From a virus, in the IMG/VR virus record IMGVR_UViG_3300017991_005544, positions 2,699 through 66,698 of that record: DNA of 64,000 nucleotides. One strand, given 5' to 3'. The number at the start of each line of letters is the position of its first letter. Position 1 is the first letter of the stretch. Shown here piece after piece: positions 57,605 through 64,000 of the stretch. Below the pieces are notes generated by a model that worked only from the letters and a program-made list of their open reading frames with translations, was not told the DNA's origin and made no database searches. The position numbers and the translations under genes are program-made.

Positions 57605-58143
57605 TTCTCCTTTGCTCTTTCCTTGCAAAGCCTTGCCAGCTTCTCGTGATGTTCGGCACTTTTCCTGTCCTGCTTGGCGGCTCTCAGGTGATATCCGGCA
57701 TTCCAGGAAAAGCTCTTGGCCTTGTCCTTCTTGAGGTATTCTGCCTTTGTCCTTTGGTCTTCCTCTAACTCTGCTTTGAGTTCCTGCCCTTTCAGGGCGG
57801 CAGCTTCTTTGCTCTCGAAGAGCCGTTCCTCGTCGTATCCGAACGGGCCGCTCCGGTAGTGGGCCTGTATGCTGCCTCCGTTGACTCGGAGTTCTATCCC
57901 GGTGATGGCGACTGGTTCCGGGTCGACGACATACTCATATTCTTTGACGGTGCCGGTCGGGGGTTCGAATCCACGAGTACAAAAGTTGCACGGGAGAATC
58001 ATCTCGTCTCCGTTGCCGAGGGTGAGCTTCACCTCTCGGTTTCCGTAGCAGATAGGGCAGGACTTCTCGACCGGCAACCAGGAGCATCGTGCATGCCATA
58101 CTGCATCACCGACCTGATATTTGCTTGGTAGTTTTTCACTCAT
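57601..58143 (-). CDS. Hypothetical phage protein (CxxC...CxxC)
   Basis: KYQVGDAVW...CPICYG. Confidence 0.55.
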   Translation of the reverse strand: MSEKLPSKYQVGDAVWHARCSWLPVEKSCPICYGNREVKLTLGNGDEMILPCNFCTRGFEPPTGTVKEYEYVVDPEPVAITGIELRVNGGSIQAHYRSGPFGYDEERLFESKEAAALKGQELKAELEEDQRTKAEYLKKDKAKSFSWNAGYHLRAAKQDRKSAEHHEKLARLCKERAKEK

Positions 58144-58381
58144 GATTCGTTCCTCCTTCATGGCCGGTCTCCTGAGCCGTGATCTCGGGCTCGAGGCCGG
58201 AAGGTTCGATCCCGACATAGAAGATATCACGACCGGCCTGCTGGTTGGCCTTCACCGTCACCTCGATCCAGTCCCTGGCCTGCTGAATTGTCTCGAACCT
58301 CGAGGACATCACGACCTTGACTCCCCCGAGGAGCAGGCCCTTGCCTGCCGTCACCGATCCTCTGAAACTCTTCGTTTTCAC
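58136..58381 (-). CDS. Hypothetical protein
   Basis: GGAGG RBS with GTG start. Confidence 0.45.
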   Translation of the reverse strand: MKTKSFRGSVTAGKGLLLGGVKVVMSSRFETIQQARDWIEVTVKANQQAGRDIFYVGIEPSGLEPEITAQETGHEGGTNHE

Positions 58382-58390
58382 TTTGGCCTC

Positions 58391-58765
58391 CTAGACTAAT
58401 GGTAAGTGTTTCATGGTCCCGATGTTTGCGATGAACCACTTCGCCATCTTGACGCTGGCCTCGTTCCTGCCATCATACCTTGACGGCTCGAGTTCTGCCA
58501 GATGCTCGAGCCACTTGACGCAAAGGCCGGTGAAGAATTGCTGAAGGGTCCGGTGCTCGCATGCCATCCCCCGGATGAACCAGGGGATCTCATCGTCATG
58601 GCCTCCGTTCAGCATCCGGGCCACCTCTTCTGCCAGCTTCTTTCCCGTTGACTGCTGGTAGAATTGATCCTCGAGTCTCCTGTCCATCTCGGACTTCAGG
58701 TCTGAGGGGAGCGTATCGTATGCTTCTCGTTCTTCCTGGGAGAGTCTCCAGTAGTGCTTAGTCAT
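58391..58765 (-). CDS. Conserved phage protein (HRTLQQ...DGRN family)
   Basis: EHRTLQQ and YDGRNEAS motifs. Confidence 0.6.
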   Translation of the reverse strand: MTKHYWRLSQEEREAYDTLPSDLKSEMDRRLEDQFYQQSTGKKLAEEVARMLNGGHDDEIPWFIRGMACEHRTLQQFFTGLCVKWLEHLAELEPSRYDGRNEASVKMAKWFIANIGTMKHLPLV

Positions 58766-58776
58766 GTCTGTTCTCC

Positions 58777-59205
58777 TCATTTTGCTTTGAGTTCTCGGAC
58801 CATCGAGGCCGGTACGAACACCGGCTCCTTGCACCAGGTTTCGCCATCATTGCAGATGCAGTAGAAGTATCCGCCATTGACCCTGGTCCGGTCGTATATT
58901 CCGTAGTGTCGTTCACCGTAACTGTTGTCGAAGTAGTGGGTCGGCTTCGGTTCGGCATTCTGAAAAGAGGGATGGATCGAGCCCCTGGCCGGTCGTCCCA
59001 TCGGGCTCCCTGGCCCCGATCGGTGAGCAATGTCTCGGGCTATCGATTCCAGGATCAAGTCATCTTCATGGCCGACAAGCTCTCGGCCCTCAGGGATCGT
59101 CTCGACCAGGTAGAATCCCTCGAGTAGATACCGGATGATTCTGGCGGAGCCACCGTCTGGCATATTCCACCTTACCAGTACTCCTGGTTTGAATTCCGTT
59201 TTCAT
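58777..59205 (-). CDS. Hypothetical protein
   Basis: RBS; SH3-like N-terminus. Confidence 0.45.
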   Translation of the reverse strand: MKTEFKPGVLVRWNMPDGGSARIIRYLLEGFYLVETIPEGRELVGHEDDLILESIARDIAHRSGPGSPMGRPARGSIHPSFQNAEPKPTHYFDNSYGERHYGIYDRTRVNGGYFYCICNDGETWCKEPVFVPASMVRELKAK

Positions 59206-59319
59206 CTCGTTTCCCTTTCGTTCGGGTTGGGTTCCTTAGGGGCGAAGAGCCCTGCCCCTTTCATCGGCACCTCTGGCCGTCGCCACTTCGGCCAGAGCGG
59301 TGGGGTTGTGCCTCCCGGT

Positions 59320-59541
59320 TCAGGGCTCTTCTTCCCACTCGGAGGCAGAGCAGTGGCTGTACTCCGCCGCCTGTGGGCTCTGGGGTTGCGTGTTCCGTTT
59401 CTTCTTGGCCTTTTTGGGAGCCGGAGGATACAGCGTGAGGTCCTCCTGGTATCCGCACTTCCTGCATCTCCAGACTTCTTTGGTCCTGTTTGACTCCGTA
59501 GAGATCCTCTTCATGCTGTTGTCGCACTTGTCACAGAACAT
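59320..59541 (-). CDS. Small Zn-ribbon protein
   Basis: CDKC...CRKC. Confidence 0.5.
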   Translation of the reverse strand: MFCDKCDNSMKRISTESNRTKEVWRCRKCGYQEDLTLYPPAPKKAKKKRNTQPQSPQAAEYSHCSASEWEEEP

Positions 59542-59556
59542 GATGCCGTTCTCCTG

Positions 59557-59844
59557 TCAGACTACGGTTGGTTCTCCCAGGATGTTCCGCCGGACAATCC
59601 GGTCAGAAATTTGCAGATTTTCAGAGGGCCGACTGAAGGCACTGAGCACGATGCTCAAGGCCTGGCCCTCGAGGCCTCGGTCGGTGCGATCTACTACATG
59701 GTGGATGGAGTTCGACTTGAAAAAAGCTTTCATGCGGTCATGGTCTTCGGGCCGGTCGATCTCGAACCAGGCGACCGACTTGCTGTAAAGGTCGTGGATC
59801 TCGACCGTGATCAGGTTGTCCTTGACGAACACGTGAGCCGCCAT
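59557..59844 (-). CDS. Hypothetical protein
   Basis: Coupled TAATG start. Confidence 0.45.
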   Translation of the reverse strand: MAAHVFVKDNLITVEIHDLYSKSVAWFEIDRPEDHDRMKAFFKSNSIHHVVDRTDRGLEGQALSIVLSAFSRPSENLQISDRIVRRNILGEPTVV

Positions 59845-60401
59845 TACGGGTTTCCCCCATTGTACCGCTGCCTGACCTCTTCTGCAAGGGCCAGTTGCCG
59901 CCGGTGCTGCCGGTGCCGCTCGAGGGCCCGGAGGGCCTGAGGGCTCGGAGGCCTCCCGGCTCTCTTTACCTTCCACCTGACCCGGTGCTCCCGGAACTTG
60001 GCCTTCATCTGGTCGTGTACTTCCCGGCCCAGGAACCGCCGGACCAGGTCCAGGTAGATCCGGCAGAACTCCCGGCCATGGGCCGCAGCGAACGGGTAGT
60101 TCTTGTCCTTGTACCCGTGAGCTAGCTCGTGCAGGATGATGCCCCGGTGCCGGGCCCAGACCGGCAGGATGAGGCTCCTGGTGCCGCCTCGGGCCCAACG
60201 GGTTCCTCGACCGGCCTTGACCTCGGGATCGATCCTGCCCCACTTCCTCACGACCCACTTGTTGCCCGTGACCTTCCTGACAAAGGCCTCGCTCGCCTGG
60301 AGGGTCGGCCCGATATAGAATTCCTGCCGGTCCAGGAGCCAGCCGTCGACCTTGTAAACTTTGCTCCGCTGGTTGTCACGTGATCTCAGGATCCTGGTCA
60401 T
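59844..60401 (-). CDS. HExxH metallohydrolase (TIGR04338/SprT-like)
   Basis: RDNQRSKVY, ILHELAH, HGREF. Confidence 0.75.
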   Translation of the reverse strand: MTRILRSRDNQRSKVYKVDGWLLDRQEFYIGPTLQASEAFVRKVTGNKWVVRKWGRIDPEVKAGRGTRWARGGTRSLILPVWARHRGIILHELAHGYKDKNYPFAAAHGREFCRIYLDLVRRFLGREVHDQMKAKFREHRVRWKVKRAGRPPSPQALRALERHRQHRRQLALAEEVRQRYNGGNP

Positions 60402-60625
60402 GATCTCACTCCGCCTGGACGATTCGTTCGCACCGATCATCGAGCCCATACAGGATATCCAGGGCAGGCCACAGGTCCAGTCCTGAGAAGACCATCTCGA
60501 GGCCCCTGCCCTCCCCCTTGGGTTTCAGGAACAACACGATTTTGACCCCTTCACCGTCCTCATAATCGATTTTCTGGCAGAGCCCGTGCCTGGTGCGCTC
60601 GACCGTCTCGATCAGCTTCGCCATT

Positions 60626-61060
60626 TTACTTGCCTCCCGCATTGTAATCGTTTGCGATCAGGGGATCCCCTCCGGCCTCGAGGCAGGCACTGAAGCACTT
60701 CGTCGCCCGGCGGCAGGCCTGGTCCAGGGCATCCTCCCGGTCCTTCCCGTAGCCGTGGAAGGTAGCGGGGGTCGTGTTGATGCTGGCCTTGTAGGTGCCG
60801 TCGTCCCTGGTCTCGATGAGGGACCAGAAGCCGTGCCACTTGACGGGATGCAGGGGGTTCGGCGTGATGCCGGTATCCTTGGTGAAGTAGGGCAGGGGGG
60901 TTGTGTCGGGGTCCCAGGAAACGGTTTCGTCGCAGATCAGGCACTGCCAGACCCGGATGAAGGTCTCGGTCTGGGGACGTTCTACGTATAGGTGATGATG
61001 CTGACAATTGGGGAATTCCATCACGACCTCCTCGGATTCTTTGAATTTAGTTGCCATCAT
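60626..61060 (-). CDS. Protein with C-terminal HicB-like domain
   Basis: IETRDDGTYKASI...GYGKDREDALDQA. Confidence 0.45.
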   Translation of the reverse strand: MMATKFKESEEVVMEFPNCQHHHLYVERPQTETFIRVWQCLICDETVSWDPDTTPLPYFTKDTGITPNPLHPVKWHGFWSLIETRDDGTYKASINTTPATFHGYGKDREDALDQACRRATKCFSACLEAGGDPLIANDYNAGGK

Positions 61061-61435
61061 GGCCGATCCTTTTCTGGTCTCAGGGGTTGAATCGGAAGGT
61101 CGGGAAGCTGGCCCCGCAGGCAGCGACCCCGCAGACAGTTCTTTGGCTTGTCCACCCTCTCAGTATCCGGGTTGCTAACGGAACCTCTCTCTCCCTTGTC
61201 ACCATAAACGGGAAGCGGTGAGGGCGGGTTTAAGCTCGCTCTATCGTTGTGGAGCACCAGCATCCGTTCCTTCCTGGTTTCCTGGTCCGGTCCTGGGAGC
61301 CCACAACCTCGGGGGTTGTGCCGGTCGCCCGGTGAGGCCGAGGTAGCGGTTGAACCTATCGGTTTGCTTCCTCGCTTCGATCCGCCTCGCATTGCTTCCA
61401 CCTCTTTTTAAGCTCCCAGGACCGGACCAGGTTTG
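61060..61435 (-). ncRNA. Candidate structured non-coding RNA
   Basis: Perfect 20-bp inverted repeat 61281-61300/61412-61431 with nested hairpins; no convincing CDS. Confidence 0.4.
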
Positions 61436-61445
61436 AGTTCAGGGC

Positions 61446-61697
61446 TTATCGGTCGAACCTGGATTCCGCCAGGCCGACGTTGTACTCGTGTACTTCCTGG
61501 CTGACGATCTCGAAGGCCTCCTCGAGGAACTTATCGACTTGCTCATCGGTGTACCGCTCGGTGATATCAACGCCCGATTCGTTCTCGATCCTCTCGAGCC
61601 AGTATTCATCGTCCCTGGTCGACGCTCCGATGATGACCATCGCCTGCTCGTCAACGTCCTGCCTTTGCACCGGGTAGATAACTTCGATATGGCTCAT
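61446..61697 (-). CDS. Small acidic early protein
   Basis: AAGGAG RBS; first gene after the leftward sigma54 promoter. Confidence 0.55.
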   Translation of the reverse strand: MSHIEVIYPVQRQDVDEQAMVIIGASTRDDEYWLERIENESGVDITERYTDEQVDKFLEEAFEIVSQEVHEYNVGLAESRFDR

Positions 61698-61735
61698 TTG
61701 GTTTGCTCCTTGTGTTTGCGGTTGCCCAAATTATC

Positions 61736-61751
61736 TGCAAGCCTCGTGCCA
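61736..61751 (-). promoter_or_regulatory. sigma54 -24/-12 promoter (leftward)
   Basis: TGGCACGAGGCTTGCA matches TGGCAC-N5-TTGCW. Confidence 0.75.
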
Positions 61752-61778
61752 AGGGGCCGGAAAAATGCTTTTTTTGCT

Positions 61779-61989
61779 TAAGTATCTAAAATCATTGAGC
61801 TTTTAGAAAAGCTCTCATCCTGGGCCAGGATCCTGGCGAAGACCGATAGGGTAAAAGATTGCCACTCTGCGGCACTTTTTGAAACAGTTTTCGTCACTTG
61901 GCAGTATTTCTAAATGACTCCTGGCCGGTCAAGGATTGACTTTTTTCGCTGTAAGTATCGATAATCATTGAGCTTTCAAAAAAGCTCTC
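61779..61989. repeat. 38-bp direct repeat pair (IHF/activator-site-like)
   Basis: TAAGTATCnAnAATCATTGAGCTTTnAnAAAAGCTCTC at 61779 and 61952. Confidence 0.7.
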
Positions 61990-62004
61990 CGATTTTCTCG
62001 AGTC

Positions 62005-62020
62005 TGGCACGATACTTGCT
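62005..62020 (+). promoter_or_regulatory. sigma54 -24/-12 promoter (rightward)
   Basis: TGGCACGATACTTGCT matches TGGCAC-N5-TTGCW. Confidence 0.75.
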
Positions 62021-62061
62021 GGTATCTTAGGGCAAACAGCAACAGCAGAAAGGGAAACGAG

Positions 62062-62382
62062 ATGAAGACAGTCAACGGAACAGTCGAGTATGATGGCAAG
62101 GTCGTCGAGATCCCCAGGTTCCTGGGATGGCTGACCGAGATGGTCCAGCTTCAGAACGGTGCGATGGTTTCCTTCCATATCGTCAAAAAGAACGGTGAGG
62201 AGAGGGTCCTGGTCGGCAAGCTCGGGGTTACGAAGCACCTGAAGGGCGGCGAATCCACGACCGCTCACCTGCCCTACCTGCTCACGGTCTTCGATATGAA
62301 CAAGAAGGCGTACCGGAACGTGGATCTCAACAGGGTCAAGGCCCTGAAGATCGACGGCATCACGTACCGCCCGGTTCCCTGA
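62062..62382 (+). CDS. SH3/WYL-like phage protein
   Basis: KKNGEER...GVTKHLKGG...TVFDMNKKAYRNV. Confidence 0.65.
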   Translation: MKTVNGTVEYDGKVVEIPRFLGWLTEMVQLQNGAMVSFHIVKKNGEERVLVGKLGVTKHLKGGESTTAHLPYLLTVFDMNKKAYRNVDLNRVKALKIDGITYRPVP

Positions 62383-62459
62383 TTCCCTGACGAGTCGGGC
62401 GACCTCAGGGTCGCCCGGCTACCAGGTGACCAGGCAACCCCAAGCATAGAAAGGGCAGC

Positions 62460-62768
62460 ATGATGGAAACGAGGCAAGTCGAGTACAACCTCCCGGCGCA
62501 TCGGATCCCCAGGATCGTCGAGAAGCTCGAGGAGACGAAACGACGGGCCGAGAAGAAGGGCCTGGGCGGGTTCATCACGTACCAGGTCGGTGAGATCGAG
62601 ATCAACACGTACCAGGATACGGATTATTTTGGCCGGGTTGTCGAGAAGGTTGTCGAGACCCGGACCCTGCTGTATGTTGCCATGACCCGCGCCAAACATC
62701 GGCTCGTGATCCCCTATGTGGTGGAGTCGGAATTCATAAGAAGAATGAAGAAATCTCTAAGAGCGTGA
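62460..62768 (+). other. Chimeric ORF: phage N-terminus fused to a UvrD/Rep-type helicase C-terminus (junction about 62660)
   Basis: Ends RTLLYVAMTRAKHRL (SF1 motif VI) with no other helicase motifs. Confidence 0.65.
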
Positions 62769-63073
62769 CTCGATTTCATGTATTCTGAGGTCTTGACCGT
62801 ATCTGTCAAAACAGTTTAGTCTAATAGGATAAGCACAGCAGAATCCCGATGATGTGACAACAAGAGAAAGGGGTCGTTGAGGGCGACTGAGTCTTGTCTT
62901 ATTTTAGCGGGTTTGGGATAATCATCACGACGCTCTAATTTGACATGGCGACTGAGGTGACCTGATGGCGGCTGTGGAAATTCAAGGTATCTGAGGTCGA
63001 CGAGAGGGTCCGCGATGGTGGAAGGACGAATCTCCATCAGAAGAAGGCGAGTGGGAGACCTAAGGAATTGGCT

Positions 63074-64000
63074 ATGACCAGGAGTGCGAAATACAAGTTT
63101 TCCGGGCACCAGACGTTCCCCTTTCGATACGGATGGCTCGAGAAAGGGGTTAGGGGTGTCGAGGAGCAGAAAGATCTCTTCTTTCTCAATGACGCGCTCG
63201 TAACGCTCGGTGTCGGCAAGAACATGGTGGATAGCATTCGGCACTGGTGCCAGGTAGCTCAGCTGGTCGAGCCCGACCAGGATGCCGGAAGAAACGCGTT
63301 TCGGAACCTGCAGCCGACAGCCATTGCGCGGAAGTTGCTCCTCGATAGAGCTTGGGATCCGTTCCTGGAGGACGATGCGTCTCTGTGGCTGATCCATTGG
63401 TTGATCGCTACGAACCCGTTGATCGGAACGGCCTGGCAGCTCCTTTTTGGCAAATACAATCGACCGGATTTCACGCGTAGGGAGATCACCAATTACGTTC
63501 ACGATTTCGCGGCGAAGGAAGGTCTCAAGGTCAGCGACTCGGTGATTGCACGTGATATCGACTGCCTCATCCGCACCTACGTGGTGGGAGGCGGATCCAA
63601 GAAACTGACTGTAGCCGAGGAGTCCTTCGCCTGCCCTCTGCTTCAGCTCAACCTTATCCAGCCGTCACCCGACGGGGAACTGTACCGCTTCGCCATCGGG
63701 CCGAAGCCCTCTTTGCCGGCTCCCGTGTTTGCCTATGCCCTGCATGAGCACTTCACGCGAAGGACGGACCGAACAGAGACAATGAGCATCCAGGAGTGTC
63801 TGTACGGCGAAGGCAGCCCTGGACAAGTATTCAAGCTTGATGAGAACAGCCTCATCGAGTATGTGGAGGTTCTTGAGGATACCATGGGGGGAAGCGTTGT
63901 CCTGGATGAGACAGCCGGTCTAAAACAGATCTACCGCCGACAGAGCTTCGATCAGGTCAAGACCCTCGACAGATACTATCGGAGAAGCAGCCAGAGATGA
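63074..64000 (+). CDS. DUF4007 family protein (SspB-like), host side
   Basis: FSGHQTF..RYGWLEKG, LGVGKNMVDSIRHW, DPFLED..SLWLIHW, DETAGL. Confidence 0.88.
   Translation: MTRSAKYKFSGHQTFPFRYGWLEKGVRGVEEQKDLFFLNDALVTLGVGKNMVDSIRHWCQVAQLVEPDQDAGRNAFRNLQPTAIARKLLLDRAWDPFLEDDASLWLIHWLIATNPLIGTAWQLLFGKYNRPDFTRREITNYVHDFAAKEGLKVSDSVIARDIDCLIRTYVVGGGSKKLTVAEESFACPLLQLNLIQPSPDGELYRFAIGPKPSLPAPVFAYALHEHFTRRTDRTETMSIQECLYGEGSPGQVFKLDENSLIEYVEVLEDTMGGSVVLDETAGLKQIYRRQSFDQVKTLDRYYRRSSQR

Noticed and set aside
61512-61530. Possible self-target of guide GAAGGCCT/CAACTCGA (GAAGGCCTCCTCGAGGAA)
   Set aside because: The second half matches only 5 of 8 and CTCGAG is frequent here; likely chance. An exhaustive search was not possible by eye
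62387-62424. Hammerhead ribozyme (CTGACGA followed by a strong hairpin)
   Set aside because: The required GAAA after stem II is missing (reads TACC); treated as a plain hairpin

Overview
About 62.6 kb of this window is part of a large dsDNA phage or prophage. Roughly 1.3 kb of compositionally different, host-like DNA follows. + strand 1-14.1 kb: putative virion/tail genes, then an eight-gene glycan-modification cassette plus a degenerate B12/radical-SAM-like gene. - strand 14.2-61.7 kb: recombination genes (RuvC, SbcCD, RecA, gp32-like SSB), replication and nucleotide genes (DnaE, class II RNR with intein, primase, DnaB/DnaC-like, thymidylate synthase, SF2 helicase with intein), CobS/CobT-like genes, and early/accessory genes (PagL-like, radical SAM, UDG, RNA ligase, bL12 domain). 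The standout is at 51.05-52.55 kb: an HNH + Nop/IS110-like gene flanked on both sides by strict 36-nt dual-repeat arrays (AAGAAACCCA-N8-AAGCGAGTCA-N8). This matches a TIGR-Tas (TasH-type) RNA-guided system. Other notable items are an aberrant tRNA-like gene, two divergent consensus sigma54 promoters, a candidate structured RNA, apparent CGCG avoidance in the phage part, and a phage/host junction inside a chimeric ORF at about 62.66 kb, followed by a DUF4007 gene. All calls come from motif recognition by eye; no searches were run.
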